A stretch of 40,093 bases of DNA from a virus (Duplodnaviria; Caudoviricetes), in the IMG/VR virus record IMGVR_UViG_3300020352_000009, positions 1 through 40,093 of that record; one strand, 5' to 3'. Numbering within the stretch: the first letter of the stretch is position 1; the number at the start of each line of letters is the position of its first letter. Shown here in pieces: positions 20,281 through 31,264 of the stretch. The notes beneath the pieces were generated by a model, which saw only the letters and a program-made list of their open reading frames with translations, was not told the DNA's origin and made no database searches. A program made the translations under genes and the position numbers.

Positions 20281-22148
20281 TATTCGTATATTTTAATAGT
20301 TAAATAAATTTTTGAGTAAACATAAGTGGGATTGGAAATAGTCCCAAACTTTACATACGTTGAAGAGCCTGGTCTTGTAAAAACAAAGTTAAAAAACCCG
20401 TTGTCAGTTTTTACAACTTTAGGGCTTAGGCTCTTGTATCCAAAATTTTCATCATCTGAATCTATTGTCTCGCTTGTTCCAATAAGACTATATTCTTGAA
20501 AATATGAACTAATATCTACTTTATATGTAGAATTAGGAGATGTTTGAAAATTTTCAATTTTAATTTTAAAAGTTTCACTAATACTTCCAGTAGGATAAAC
20601 AGAGTAAGTCCATGGGGAAGATACAGGATTTTTTAAATTTGTTGGATTTTGATGCAGAAAATCCTCTTTAGGCGTAAAAACGTGTCCAGAAGTGTTACCT
20701 TGGTTATCAATCTCCAACTTCATAACCATAAATTCCTTTGGAGGAACAATTGGAGTTGATGGAGGTATTTTTATATCATATTGTGTATTCGTACTTGTAC
20801 TAGCCGAAGGTGTTACCGTTATAGAAGAATCTGAAGAGATAACACTACTTGTTGCTGTAGCAGCCGCTATATCAGCTAATATCGAAGCTGTAAGGGCTAA
20901 GGTGTATGTTGTTGTACTGCCACTCACTGAAGTGGATACATTAAGACCATTACCTGCTGAAACTACATTATATATGTTACCACCACTAGAAGATCCACCT
21001 GTTCCTGTAATCAGAATAGGGTCTCCAGTAGTGCAATCACACTTATCGTCACACTGAGCAACATCTTTTATTTGCTCTGTTAGTTTTGTAACAGCGGTTG
21101 CGTCTCCACACTCATAAGCTGTTCTTAAAGAGGCTAAATGAGAAGTTATTATAGTGTATCTTCCTAAAGCTAAATCAGCTAAAGTTTTATTCACACACTT
21201 ATATTTCATGTACTCTCCAAAAACAGAGTTTATACAACAAAAAACATCACAAAGATTATTTTCACAATCTACGTTTATTGAGTCCGAAGAAACAAAAGAA
21301 TCTGAAACAGAAAAACCTCCTCCAAAATCGTATAAAACGTGAGACTCAAAAGAAAAAGATTGTAGCTGACTATAAAAAGAATTAGTAGTTAATATAGGGC
21401 TATAACCTATTAAAGGGTCTACACCAGGAACAGAAGTGAAATACAATGTAGTCCTTCTTTGAACTATTGTCCCATCTACCGTAGTGTTTGGCATTGAACC
21501 CGAAACAAAAACAAAAGTTCTGTTTTCTGACTCATCATAGCTTACATCCGTTATAGTATATTGACCGTTATTACCAGTTGAGCCAATAACATCAATCTTG
21601 TTTCCAGTAGTGAAAAACCCAACCTTATCGCCAGAAATAGCAAAATAACTAGCCGTTTGATTTAACGAGGTAATTAAAAACCTATCACTAGGAGTCACAC
21701 CATCAACTAGATAATTAGTTGTATCAGCACCTTTTAACTCCGGGGATAAACAATTAGCTGTTAGTTGATTAGTTGCTTTTGGTTTTGTATATGAGTAGTT
21801 AAAAGTTTTAATTTTTGTAACGGTTGGATCTACTAAAGGGTCAGTTCCGTCAGTGGATGCGTATTCAAAAGTATATACACCAACCTCTGGAGTTCCGCTA
21901 GACAACAGAGGAACAAGTATTGTTGTAGTGTTAACTCTTTTTGTTGAAACAAGAGCGCCTGATATATCTGCTGAACCGCCTAGATTGTTATATACAATTC
22001 CGCTAGGAGCTGTAACTTTAATTCTACCTGTTATCGAAGATAACGATACACCTTGGGCGGTATAATCTGTTATATCGGTAAACTTAAAGACTTTTGAGCT
22101 TCCACCCAATAAAAACGATACGTTAAAATCTGTTGTTGTTAAAGCCAT
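20280..22148 (-). CDS. Tail hub/fibre attachment structural protein
   Basis: 622 aa; beta-rich N-half, Cys-rich helical middle (CDVFCC..CDDKCDC), G/S linker. Confidence 0.6.
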   Translation of the reverse strand: MALTTTDFNVSFLLGGSSKVFKFTDITDYTAQGVSLSSITGRIKVTAPSGIVYNNLGGSADISGALVSTKRVNTTTILVPLLSSGTPEVGVYTFEYASTDGTDPLVDPTVTKIKTFNYSYTKPKATNQLTANCLSPELKGADTTNYLVDGVTPSDRFLITSLNQTASYFAISGDKVGFFTTGNKIDVIGSTGNNGQYTITDVSYDESENRTFVFVSGSMPNTTVDGTIVQRRTTLYFTSVPGVDPLIGYSPILTTNSFYSQLQSFSFESHVLYDFGGGFSVSDSFVSSDSINVDCENNLCDVFCCINSVFGEYMKYKCVNKTLADLALGRYTIITSHLASLRTAYECGDATAVTKLTEQIKDVAQCDDKCDCTTGDPILITGTGGSSSGGNIYNVVSAGNGLNVSTSVSGSTTTYTLALTASILADIAAATATSSVISSDSSITVTPSASTSTNTQYDIKIPPSTPIVPPKEFMVMKLEIDNQGNTSGHVFTPKEDFLHQNPTNLKNPVSSPWTYSVYPTGSISETFKIKIENFQTSPNSTYKVDISSYFQEYSLIGTSETIDSDDENFGYKSLSPKVVKTDNGFFNFVFTRPGSSTYVKFGTISNPTYVYSKIYLTIKIYE

Positions 22149-22185
22149 CTTTTTATAATAACATTATTGATTAGTAAATATACAT

Positions 22186-22218
22186 AAAAAAAAAGAGAGG
22201 CTTATTGAGCCTCCCTTT
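22186..22218 (-). terminator. Intrinsic terminator after the 372 aa gene
   Basis: GAGGCT/AGCCTC stem followed by 9 T on the minus strand. Confidence 0.8.
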
Positions 22219-22240
22219 AGGTATATAACTATGCAGTTTA

Positions 22241-23359
22241 CTATTTTTTAGAAGATTCTTTTTTGTCTTTTTCTAAAAGCAAAACATCCTCAGCCTCTAA
22301 AACCATTCCCTCTATTTTTTTGTAAACTTCAGGATGGAACTCCAAATGCTGAGTAGCACCTTTTATTCCAGTACCTCTTTCTCCTAACATACCAAGGTTG
22401 TTAGCTGAAATACTTCCAAAAGCGTTTTTACAAACTTTTAAGTTTAAAGCCTTCTTGAGCATCTTATACTCTTTTGTTCCTTCAAACTTTTCTTTAGCTG
22501 GTTTCTTGTTGTTTTCTACAGCATCCTTAATTGACTTGTAAGCTTCTTTTATCTCCGTTCTCGTTGTAGCTAAATCTACAAAGAAATCTAAAGGCTCAGC
22601 ATACGAAGGTACATCAAGTATTCTCGTTTTACCACCTATATTGTTATAGAAAGACCTACCACCTTTATCGTAAGAAATGATATTATCTCTTAACGCTAAC
22701 GACAACACCTCTTTAAATCTTCTTGTTTCTGATTCTAACTCCTTCTCAAATCTGTAAGGGTCATAATTTATCATATCAAAAAACACACTTCTTGCACCTT
22801 TTATACTAGCAATAATTGTGTCATTATTAGCATTATCAAAAGCCACGTTTAAAGTGAGTGCCAATCCTTCAATCTCCTCAGCAGACAAGTCATTTACAAT
22901 TTGAGATAAAGATAAAACCTTTTCCTGTCTCTGTAATTTTACATTTGTCTTATACTGACTAGAGTTAGACCTAAATATAGCTGACTTATTAGGTGCAGCA
23001 GTTCCTTCTTCGTGATTGGAAATATTATGATTAGTATACTCTAAGTACTTTTGCTTTGTAACCTCCATTGGATGAGAAATTAAATTACCGTCATTAAACA
23101 GTAAAACTCCTCTTCTTTTTTCTGCAGTTTCTGATTGCTCATCTACAAATATAGATGTCTCACCTACTGAGTATCTAATTCTTCTTAATCCTGATTGCTT
23201 GTTTCCGAAATCATCTTCCCACTCCATATAAACTTCATCCTCTGCAGGAATCTGATAGAAGGGAGGGTATTTTCCGTTTTTAGATTTAACTAGCGTATAT
23301 ACAACATTACGCATTCCTGGATTCACAGCCTGTTTTGGCTGTTTTGTTAATTGTGCCAT
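22241..23359 (-). CDS. Conserved-type virion protein downstream of the major capsid gene
   Basis: 372 aa; RRIRYSVGETSIFVDEQ segment; synteny. Confidence 0.6.
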   Translation of the reverse strand: MAQLTKQPKQAVNPGMRNVVYTLVKSKNGKYPPFYQIPAEDEVYMEWEDDFGNKQSGLRRIRYSVGETSIFVDEQSETAEKRRGVLLFNDGNLISHPMEVTKQKYLEYTNHNISNHEEGTAAPNKSAIFRSNSSQYKTNVKLQRQEKVLSLSQIVNDLSAEEIEGLALTLNVAFDNANNDTIIASIKGARSVFFDMINYDPYRFEKELESETRRFKEVLSLALRDNIISYDKGGRSFYNNIGGKTRILDVPSYAEPLDFFVDLATTRTEIKEAYKSIKDAVENNKKPAKEKFEGTKEYKMLKKALNLKVCKNAFGSISANNLGMLGERGTGIKGATQHLEFHPEVYKKIEGMVLEAEDVLLLEKDKKESSKK

Positions 23360-23396
23360 TTTAATTTTAGTTTTAATTAATTTAAAGTCCTAAGAC

Positions 23397-23654
23397 CTAC
23401 TTCATTGATTTTTTACCTCTACACTTCCACTTTTTTCTTGATAAGTCATTTGCACAGGGTGGTTTTTTGCATTTTTTAATCTTAGCAGACCTAGCACAGT
23501 AAGCATCACCTTTAGCAGTTCCGGGACGAATTCTATCCCCACCACTTTTTGCTTTTCCTGCCTGACCATAAGAAACTTTTCTTGTTCTCCCCGTCTTACT
23601 GTCTTTTACAACTTTTACAAATCTTTTACCTTTTGCTGGTTTTTTGGTAGCCAT
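23397..23654 (-). CDS. Small highly basic Cys-containing protein
   Basis: 85 aa K/R-rich; SYGQAG and PGTAKGDAYCARS. Confidence 0.75.
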   Translation of the reverse strand: MATKKPAKGKRFVKVVKDSKTGRTRKVSYGQAGKAKSGGDRIRPGTAKGDAYCARSAKIKKCKKPPCANDLSRKKWKCRGKKSMK

Positions 23655-23679
23655 ATCAATTAAGCTTAGTGTTAATATT

Positions 23680-23713
23680 AAAAGAGGGATGAACTAACAC
23701 CCCTCTTTTTTTT
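23680..23713. terminator. Bidirectional-type terminator after the major capsid gene
   Basis: AAAAGAGGG...CCCTCTTTT stem flanked by A and T runs. Confidence 0.8.
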
Positions 23714-23726
23714 AATCCTTGTAGAA

Positions 23727-25148
23727 TTATCCTTGCTTGATGTAAGCGAACTTGTTCAAACAGAAAGACTCTAGACCTACATTGTCCTTGTAGAATACGC
23801 TATAAGTATCCTTACCAGTGATTTTGTAGTTATCAATAATCTCCGATCTTTGGTTTCTTTCTCCTGTAGCAGGATTAACCAAGTAACGAAGTCTTAAGTG
23901 ATTAGTCTTCTCTCCTGTTCCAGCATCTCTAGTCTGATCCATTGGAATAACAAGACCTTCGTTTGTGAAACCAAAACCATCAGCACCTAAAGTCTGAAGG
24001 TCATTGAAAGAATCAAACTTCTTCTTAGAGAAGATGTAGTCATCAATCTTGAACTTATCAAACTGGAAGTTTACGCTTGCCTCTTCAGAGAAAGTGTAGT
24101 TACCATAAGTAATAGCACCTGCAGTCTTGTAAGAAGCTAGAGTGTTATCAATCGCTATTGATAGGTCAATTCCTGGAGCTAATAGGTTGTTCTTAGAACC
24201 TTTTTGCTTATCTAAAACCTTAACTAAAGACTCAGCATCTTGCTTGTCCCAACCTGTAGCCTCAGAGTAAGCAGAAGTGTTTCCTTTTGATAGGATACCT
24301 GGTATAAGACCCTCTGTTAGAGAGATTGGTCCAGAGTTAGCGTCACCACTAGCAACCCAAGCATTAGCCACAGTATCGTTGTTAAGCTTCTCACCCAAAA
24401 GTAAAGTCAATTCCTTTTGAGACATGAAGTTTTTATACTCATCAGCCTCTCCTTTTAGGTAGTACATCTTACCTGCCTTACCGTCTTTACCTACAAAGTC
24501 AACCCAAGATAACATATCTCTTTCTGTTGAAGTAACTTCATAAGTTCCTTTTACAGTCTGAATTTGGTTAATCTCTTTTTTAACTTTAGTCTGTCTAGCT
24601 CCTGGCTGCATAGAACCTTCCCCGTAAGCGTTACCGTAGATAACGATTTCTTGAGCCGAACCTATAGCTGGAACACTGTCACCAGAATCCAAAGGCGAAG
24701 CCTTGAATGTTGTTGCAGTAACCTCGTCTATAATAGCCTTAATATATCTGTCAGCAGAAACAATTCCTGATGCAGGCTTAATTAAGATTAATTCCCCTCT
24801 TCTTGGAATAGTGATAGAAGTAGTAGTACTTCCATCATAAGGAGAAGCAAATTCTGGAACATCATATTTAGACGATGCAGCCATAGTGAAAGTTGCTTGA
24901 GCCCCTGCTCCTGCTCCTGCTGAAGTAGCGTAAAGCTTAGGGTAAATTCTTTCTTCCTCGTAGTGAGTATATTCCAAAGCAGAAACACCTTTTTCTGCTC
25001 CAATCATTGATAACATTCCTGTTAACATTTGATTACCAAAAGTTTGAGTTAATTCTGACTCAATCTCTGGTTTGTGTAAATCCATGGTAGTTACAAAGTT
25101 ATAATCTGCTACTCTGTTAAAACTACCTCCTTGATATGGTAATGCCAT
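23727..25148 (-). CDS. Major capsid protein (HK97 fold expected)
   Basis: 473 aa after portal and scaffold; VIYGNAYGEGS, ELTLLLGE..TEGLIP; followed by a strong terminator. Confidence 0.88.
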   Translation of the reverse strand: MALPYQGGSFNRVADYNFVTTMDLHKPEIESELTQTFGNQMLTGMLSMIGAEKGVSALEYTHYEEERIYPKLYATSAGAGAGAQATFTMAASSKYDVPEFASPYDGSTTTSITIPRRGELILIKPASGIVSADRYIKAIIDEVTATTFKASPLDSGDSVPAIGSAQEIVIYGNAYGEGSMQPGARQTKVKKEINQIQTVKGTYEVTSTERDMLSWVDFVGKDGKAGKMYYLKGEADEYKNFMSQKELTLLLGEKLNNDTVANAWVASGDANSGPISLTEGLIPGILSKGNTSAYSEATGWDKQDAESLVKVLDKQKGSKNNLLAPGIDLSIAIDNTLASYKTAGAITYGNYTFSEEASVNFQFDKFKIDDYIFSKKKFDSFNDLQTLGADGFGFTNEGLVIPMDQTRDAGTGEKTNHLRLRYLVNPATGERNQRSEIIDNYKITGKDTYSVFYKDNVGLESFCLNKFAYIKQG

Positions 25149-25166
25149 TTTTTTTAGTTTTTAAAA

Positions 25167-26249
25167 TTATCTAATTCCTTGACCTTTTAAGAAGCCGTCA
25201 ATTATCTGATCCTGAACACTAGCATTAGAAGATGGTGCTTGTGATTTCTTAGATTTATCAACTACGTTGTTAATCTCCTTCACAGCATTTATCTCGCCTT
25301 TGTTAATGTTAGACTCAACTGCCGACTTTAATATTTGATCGAAAAAAAGTTCCTTGGCAATAGTCTCCTTCATATTATTATAATCTACACCGTTAGCACT
25401 AACGAAGTTGGTATAATACTCATTGATTCCATTCATCCTTTCTTGAACCTTTTGCTTCATCTCATCATTCAACTCAAACGTAAATTCATTATCCTCTCCG
25501 AGTTTAAGACTTACTGAGTTAAATTCTTTTACTGATTCTGAAACAGAAGACTCATAACGATTCTTCAATTCATCAAATTCTTTTTGTTGCTTCTCTATTA
25601 ATTCCTTGTCATCTGTAGGTTTTTTCAAGTCTGGCAAAGAATACTTCTCATCATTCTTTACAGAATTTAAGAAATCTTTACTTTCCTTTTGCAGTCTATC
25701 ATAACGTGCTAAAGCTGCTTTATGTTCGATTTTCTCATCGTCATCCATCAACTCTAAATCTGCATCATTAAGTTTGTCATACTCCCTTAATTTAGCATTT
25801 ATCTCTGCTGTGGATAAGCCGTCTTTCATCTCTAACATCTTAGATAATGCTTGACGACCATCTAATGAATCAACATTTAGCGTCTTAACGTCTGCAATCT
25901 CTTTAATCTTATCCCAAGAGAATCCAGAACCTAACACCTTTTCTAGTCTATCTATACTATCAGACTCATACTTGTCTTCAAATTTTGAAGCACTTGCCTT
26001 TTCTTCCAAAGAACTTAATTTAGCCTCTAAATCTTCTAAAGAACCGTATTTCTCTTTAAAAGAATCCTCGAAACTAATCTCTTTAACCTCTGCATCAGAT
26101 TCCTCCTTAGCTTCTGGTTGAGGGGTTTCCTCTATATCTTTAACCTCCTGTTGAGGTTCAACTTCTTGTTTTGGTTGTTCATCTCTTGACGCATCGCCAG
26201 AACCAACAACTTTAAGCCCTTGGGCTTTTAATAAATCTTCAAAACTCAT
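25167..26249 (-). CDS. Capsid scaffolding protein
   Basis: 360 aa, very acidic and helical; between portal and capsid genes. Confidence 0.75.
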   Translation of the reverse strand: MSFEDLLKAQGLKVVGSGDASRDEQPKQEVEPQQEVKDIEETPQPEAKEESDAEVKEISFEDSFKEKYGSLEDLEAKLSSLEEKASASKFEDKYESDSIDRLEKVLGSGFSWDKIKEIADVKTLNVDSLDGRQALSKMLEMKDGLSTAEINAKLREYDKLNDADLELMDDDEKIEHKAALARYDRLQKESKDFLNSVKNDEKYSLPDLKKPTDDKELIEKQQKEFDELKNRYESSVSESVKEFNSVSLKLGEDNEFTFELNDEMKQKVQERMNGINEYYTNFVSANGVDYNNMKETIAKELFFDQILKSAVESNINKGEINAVKEINNVVDKSKKSQAPSSNASVQDQIIDGFLKGQGIR

Positions 26250-26292
26250 TTTAATTTTAATTTACGGTTCAACTAATATATAATAAAAAAAT

Positions 26293-28677
26293 TTAATCTA
26301 ATTTCTTACTATCTCCAACACCACTAAACACTCTAGGCTCTCTAACAGAATTACCTATAGAAGTGTCGTCAATATTATTCTTTTTAGCAGCATCTATCTG
26401 CTTTAGTTTTTCATCATTATTAATCATAGCAACCTCAGCATCTGCCATACCTTTTGTTCTGACCTTAATCTGCTCTAACTGCATCTTTAACTGATACTCC
26501 ATTTGAAGTCTTTCCATTCCCATTTGATGCTCCATTTGCTTTAGTTGCATCTCAGACTGAGCAGCAGATTGTTGTGACTGCATTTGTGCTTGAGCATTCT
26601 GTTGTGAAGCATTATTAGCTATAGCCATATCTGACTCTTGCTTTTCCTTTCTTCTTTTCTTTAATAAGTGTGTCGCCTTCTTGATATTAACCTTAGCAAC
26701 ATCCTTAACCTCCATAGCGTCTTCCAGCTCTATAGATTGAGCAGTTATCGCTTTCTCAATTAATATGTTTAACTCCTGCATCTCCTCAGCACTAGGTAAT
26801 ATCTCAATCTCAATACCTAACTCTGCTAGGCTTAAATCTTTGACAATATTAACAACATCAACAACCTCTTTACCTAAAGCAAGCTCATAACCTCTTAGCC
26901 CATCTGCAATAGCCTTGTTCTGAACCATCATAGCTATATTGTCAGCTAAAGATTTAAAACTATGGATATAAGCATCATTTAAAGACCTGGTGGCGTTACG
27001 GCTCATATTTACAGCCATCTTCTGAACACCAACCAAAGCTTTAGGAGAAGGAGTAGAACCATCCCTAGCTTCATTCAACCCCGTAATTGTCCTAATCATA
27101 TTCAAGTTGTGATTCCACACCTCTACGAAATACAACGCACTTGGACTAAGACCATTAGCAAGCTCCTGAATTGGCTTCTGATTAATCATTCCACCAAACT
27201 CTGAATCTTCACTTCTGTAATATAAATTACCCGTCTGATCAAATATTTCTACAATATCAGTCGGATCTAGGAAATCCTCACCTCTACCTTTTAAAACATC
27301 CTCCAAAGAAGAAGAGTCAACAGCTAAACCTGCTGGTCTAGCCTTAATCATCTGTTGCTGAAGCTTTAAATAAGCTAAAGTCATCTGATTATCAAAAGGC
27401 AACATCTGCTCTACCATAGACTTATTCTCCATGTCATACATACCTGGAGCAATAATGCTATATCTACTCTTAACCTCAGAAGAATAAGCACCACTCTTCT
27501 TGGGTCTATTCATATTTTCCTGAAGACCATACTTATAGATGTAATCAGAACCTATAACATACAACCCCTCATAAAAAACTTCTACCCTCTTTCTGGTTAC
27601 ATCCCTCTTCTTCTTGCTATACTTCTTAGGCTCGTAACCTGTTTTCTTTTTGTTTAAGAAAAAATTTCCTTTGCTAATATATTTTTGCTCATAGGTTAAC
27701 TCATGGTTTGTTGACCTAATCTCAAAGTCTAAAACCTCAATATAAAAATCATCAACCTGACCCCTACCGTAATAAGGTGACTGGTAATACCTACCATTCT
27801 CTTGAGTTAATCCATCGTTAGCTATGTCTTTTTTACCTACCCTTTTAGCAATATCATAGTACTGGTCTTCAGTCATCTCATCGCCAACCAAGGCAACAAA
27901 ATCATGAAAGCTCATTTTTAATATCTCTCCCGTATAAGGACTATCTCTGAAATAAGGGTCTTTAGAATATGGTAAAACTAAATTTGCAGGATCTACATAC
28001 CTTAACTTGATGTCATTATTGTCATCAAAATAAGACCTTGTAGCGCATATCTTTATAACTATTAAATCTCTAATTAATCTTTCCTTAACCTCTTTGTCAA
28101 AATTGTTAGCTCGTAAAACAAAAGAAATACAAACCTCCATGGCTATCTCAACAGCTTGCTTTAAAGTAGTCTCTATTAAAACATCTGCCTCCTCTAAATC
28201 TTTTGGAACGGGAATAGATTTATCAACCATAGAAAAACCAGTCTCAGCCTCCATCTTCTGAGAAAACTCAGCCATCAACATATTGGCATATATCTTATTC
28301 TTCTCCTCCTCAAATTTTTCCATTGAAGATTCATCCATAGCCACAGCGTTAACCTTAAACTCCTGGTTAATCATCTCCCCAACTACCAACTGAACAAACT
28401 TAGGAATTACAGATACCGACTGCCAATCCAAATTTAAGTAAGAAGTGTCTCCATTCAAATCAAGCAAATCCTTAAACTTGTCAACACTTGACAACCCTTC
28501 AGCAGCTTTCCTGTTCTCTACAAATTTTGCAATCTTATTATAAACAGACCAATCAGTACCCCTATGTTTTCCGTATATCGCTTTCGCACATCCTAACCCG
28601 TATTTTTTAGTCGATTTCTCCTCTTTAGATAAGGTCGGATTCGGAAAGTTAGGAAGCTTAGTATTTGATTTTGTCAT
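26293..28677 (-). CDS. Portal protein
   Basis: 794 aa right after terminase; IPKFVQLVVG, YVDPANLV, TGLNEARDGS, Q/M-rich C-terminal barrel. Confidence 0.9.
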   Translation of the reverse strand: MTKSNTKLPNFPNPTLSKEEKSTKKYGLGCAKAIYGKHRGTDWSVYNKIAKFVENRKAAEGLSSVDKFKDLLDLNGDTSYLNLDWQSVSVIPKFVQLVVGEMINQEFKVNAVAMDESSMEKFEEEKNKIYANMLMAEFSQKMEAETGFSMVDKSIPVPKDLEEADVLIETTLKQAVEIAMEVCISFVLRANNFDKEVKERLIRDLIVIKICATRSYFDDNNDIKLRYVDPANLVLPYSKDPYFRDSPYTGEILKMSFHDFVALVGDEMTEDQYYDIAKRVGKKDIANDGLTQENGRYYQSPYYGRGQVDDFYIEVLDFEIRSTNHELTYEQKYISKGNFFLNKKKTGYEPKKYSKKKRDVTRKRVEVFYEGLYVIGSDYIYKYGLQENMNRPKKSGAYSSEVKSRYSIIAPGMYDMENKSMVEQMLPFDNQMTLAYLKLQQQMIKARPAGLAVDSSSLEDVLKGRGEDFLDPTDIVEIFDQTGNLYYRSEDSEFGGMINQKPIQELANGLSPSALYFVEVWNHNLNMIRTITGLNEARDGSTPSPKALVGVQKMAVNMSRNATRSLNDAYIHSFKSLADNIAMMVQNKAIADGLRGYELALGKEVVDVVNIVKDLSLAELGIEIEILPSAEEMQELNILIEKAITAQSIELEDAMEVKDVAKVNIKKATHLLKKRRKEKQESDMAIANNASQQNAQAQMQSQQSAAQSEMQLKQMEHQMGMERLQMEYQLKMQLEQIKVRTKGMADAEVAMINNDEKLKQIDAAKKNNIDDTSIGNSVREPRVFSGVGDSKKLD

Positions 28678-28704
28678 TCTCTTACTAAAAAATAGTTATA
28701 CTAA

Positions 28705-28712
28705 CAAATGTA
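28705..28712 (-). promoter_or_regulatory. Bacteroidota -7 promoter box upstream of the portal gene
   Basis: TACATTTG on the minus strand matches TAnnTTTG, 27 nt before the ATG; no perfect -33 TTTG. Confidence 0.5.
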
Positions 28713-28730
28713 AGCAATTATTTTAACTAC

Positions 28731-30815
28731 CTAGAAACGATTACGTTTGTTATATGTTTTAATAAAGTTACCCACAGATCTACCTTTTTTATTGGTCTTC
28801 TTTCTTACATATCTTTCCTTACCAAACAAACACAAAGCAGCAGCAACAAACTCATCATAGTCAGTCCATTTCTGAGGATTGAATTTTATCCAACACTTTA
28901 ATAAATCATTGAAATAAACCTTACCATGAAAGTCCTTCTCAAAGTCATAGCCAGTATTAGAATACACAAAACCCTCCGTAACTTCTATAGCCCTCTGCCT
29001 AACAGCCTCCGAGTTCATAGGAATACCCTTTTCCTTCTGCCTCTTCCTGCTATAGTCAGTATGAGTGAAGTCAGGTCTGTCCATTAAATACCCACCATAA
29101 CCATTGTTATCAAACCAATTGATTAAACCAATCTTATTATTCTCACACAATAACTCGCAGCCATAAAAAATACACTGCCTAGCTATATCCTCATAAAACA
29201 TATCAGGAGTGGCAGGACGATTAACATACTCACAAACAAAAGTATCACTCAGCCCCTGGTCAAAAGGCTCTAACTTTCGGTACACATAACTAGCCCCATT
29301 AGACTTCTTATTATCGGTGGTCATCTTATGGTCAAAAGGGTCACAGCCTGCCACAGACTTATCAAAGTTTCCAGGCTTAAGACCCCTAGATGTTTGTACG
29401 GTTTTATTCCTCTCCTCAACAGGAGGCATCCACAACACTTTCCACCTACCACTAGGAGACGGTTGCCATCCTACCTCTGAGTTAGACCTATCTATCCATA
29501 CGAAGTTTCCCTGTATGACCTTATTACTAAGTGTGCCATTATAAGATATTTGATCGTTCAACTTAATAATATCAAAAGGACTTAACTTACCCTCCTCAAT
29601 GAAAGCCTCATCAATAGTTAACGGATACTTCCTCTTCTCGCCTGCCAACTTGTTTCCCGACAACCCCTTTCTCCTTCGGTTAATATAACTAACACTACCT
29701 ACCTCTATCTTCTTTCCGTCAATACCTAAAACAGGTCGCTTAGGGTCTTCAACAACACTATAACCATAACTGTCTATAAACCCCTCCAAGCCATGAGTGG
29801 CAGGCTTAAACCACCTCAGCAAACCAGAAACAGTAAACTCCCTGCCATTAGCGTCAGACTCTATAATATCAGAATCATCCCACATATCCTTGGCAGCAGC
29901 TCCACCCTTCTCCTCCATCTCCTCAGCAGTAGTAGTATGCAAACTCTTTCCCACAATATTCTTCCCCTGGACCAAACATTCCTTAACAACCTGCCAACGC
30001 TCATTAACATCTACCTCTGTAGTTTTTCCATACTCATCATCATAGTAATACTTTAACTTAGAACCATCATAAGCGTTCTCAACAGAAGGCTTATAATTAA
30101 TCATAGAGTTTAAAACCTCCTTGTAGATTTTCTTTCCACCCTTTGTACTCCGCTTAGCAGGTTCTTCAAACTTTAAGGCAGCACTAGGATTAGTGTCACC
30201 AGAATCTTCAGGCTTTAAATAATCAGGAAGCTTCTGCCAACTCTTAACCATCTTCTTGAAAATAGTTCTTGCATCATTATTCGTCTTACTCTGAATACCT
30301 CCATTAGCATCATAGTTCAACGTAATACGATTGTAAATAATAGAAGTAGCCTTACCAGTCTTACCATCCCTACGATTAGTAACCTGCATCCAACCCAAAC
30401 AAGAATCCAACATCTGACAATGACGCTCGATATAAAAAAACATAGCATCACTATCCTTCCAATAAGGGACAATACCATCAATCCTCCAAAATGCTAAATA
30501 GAAAAAATGATCACCCGTTAAATACTCAATATTCCCATGGTTATAAAACCAATAACCATTAATACGGTGATAAGCTACCTGCTTCAAATAATCAATCTGA
30601 TTATCGACATCTAAAGAGTCAAATTCAATCTGAGATAATATCCAATCAGGAATACCCCACCTCTGGTCTCTTATTTTTTTATCCCATTTATCAATTTTAT
30701 AATAAACAGGAGGCTTAGGAAGATTAACGCTAAACTCAATTTTATCACCCAATTTTATATTCCTAACTCTCTCGAATTTATCAGGGCGCATAGAGCCTGC
30801 CGCAAGTTTACCCAT
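28731..30815 (-). CDS. terL: Terminase large subunit
   Basis: 694 aa; Walker A-like NRRDGKT, Walker B YYYDDE, RKYPLTIDEAF linker, nuclease motif AGCDPFD, CENNK. Confidence 0.92.
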   Translation of the reverse strand: MGKLAAGSMRPDKFERVRNIKLGDKIEFSVNLPKPPVYYKIDKWDKKIRDQRWGIPDWILSQIEFDSLDVDNQIDYLKQVAYHRINGYWFYNHGNIEYLTGDHFFYLAFWRIDGIVPYWKDSDAMFFYIERHCQMLDSCLGWMQVTNRRDGKTGKATSIIYNRITLNYDANGGIQSKTNNDARTIFKKMVKSWQKLPDYLKPEDSGDTNPSAALKFEEPAKRSTKGGKKIYKEVLNSMINYKPSVENAYDGSKLKYYYDDEYGKTTEVDVNERWQVVKECLVQGKNIVGKSLHTTTAEEMEEKGGAAAKDMWDDSDIIESDANGREFTVSGLLRWFKPATHGLEGFIDSYGYSVVEDPKRPVLGIDGKKIEVGSVSYINRRRKGLSGNKLAGEKRKYPLTIDEAFIEEGKLSPFDIIKLNDQISYNGTLSNKVIQGNFVWIDRSNSEVGWQPSPSGRWKVLWMPPVEERNKTVQTSRGLKPGNFDKSVAGCDPFDHKMTTDNKKSNGASYVYRKLEPFDQGLSDTFVCEYVNRPATPDMFYEDIARQCIFYGCELLCENNKIGLINWFDNNGYGGYLMDRPDFTHTDYSRKRQKEKGIPMNSEAVRQRAIEVTEGFVYSNTGYDFEKDFHGKVYFNDLLKCWIKFNPQKWTDYDEFVAAALCLFGKERYVRKKTNKKGRSVGNFIKTYNKRNRF

Positions 30816-31167
30816 TTTTTATCTCCCTCATAGCCTGCTCGTAAGCCGAAGCAGCCTTCTGTTTACCCTGCTCTTCAGGGATTTCACCAATCTCACTATA
30901 CATCTTATCCAACAACGTCTGCAGATAATCCAACTTCTCCGAGAACTTTAAACCCCTTTCCAAAGCTTTATCCTCCTTGTCAGAAAGCTCATCCGCTGAA
31001 TCAGATACCCGATAATTTGTCAGCAGCTTATTGTTCTGAGTAATGAAGTTTTTTAAAGCTAAAAATGATTTAACCTTAGTAGTGTTCGCCTCAAACTCTT
31101 CAAGCTTTAACTGAAGACCACGAACATACTTACGAACTTTTACGTCCTTAATATCTTCTAATTTCAT
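30808..31167 (-). CDS. Candidate terminase small subunit
   Basis: 119 aa helical ORF overlapping the terL start; position only. Confidence 0.5.
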   Translation of the reverse strand: MKLEDIKDVKVRKYVRGLQLKLEEFEANTTKVKSFLALKNFITQNNKLLTNYRVSDSADELSDKEDKALERGLKFSEKLDYLQTLLDKMYSEIGEIPEEQGKQKAASAYEQAMREIKNG

Positions 31168-31195
31168 TTTAATTTTAATTTAACCCCAATATAAC

Positions 31196-31224
31196 AAAAA
31201 ACCCTAACTATAAAAGCTAGGGTT
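31196..31224 (-). terminator. Intrinsic terminator after the 237 aa gene
   Basis: Minus strand AACCCTAGC-loop-GTTAGGGTT followed by a T run. Confidence 0.7.
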
Positions 31225-31264
31225 ATAAAACAATTAAATATAAATCAATACAACATGCAAAATA

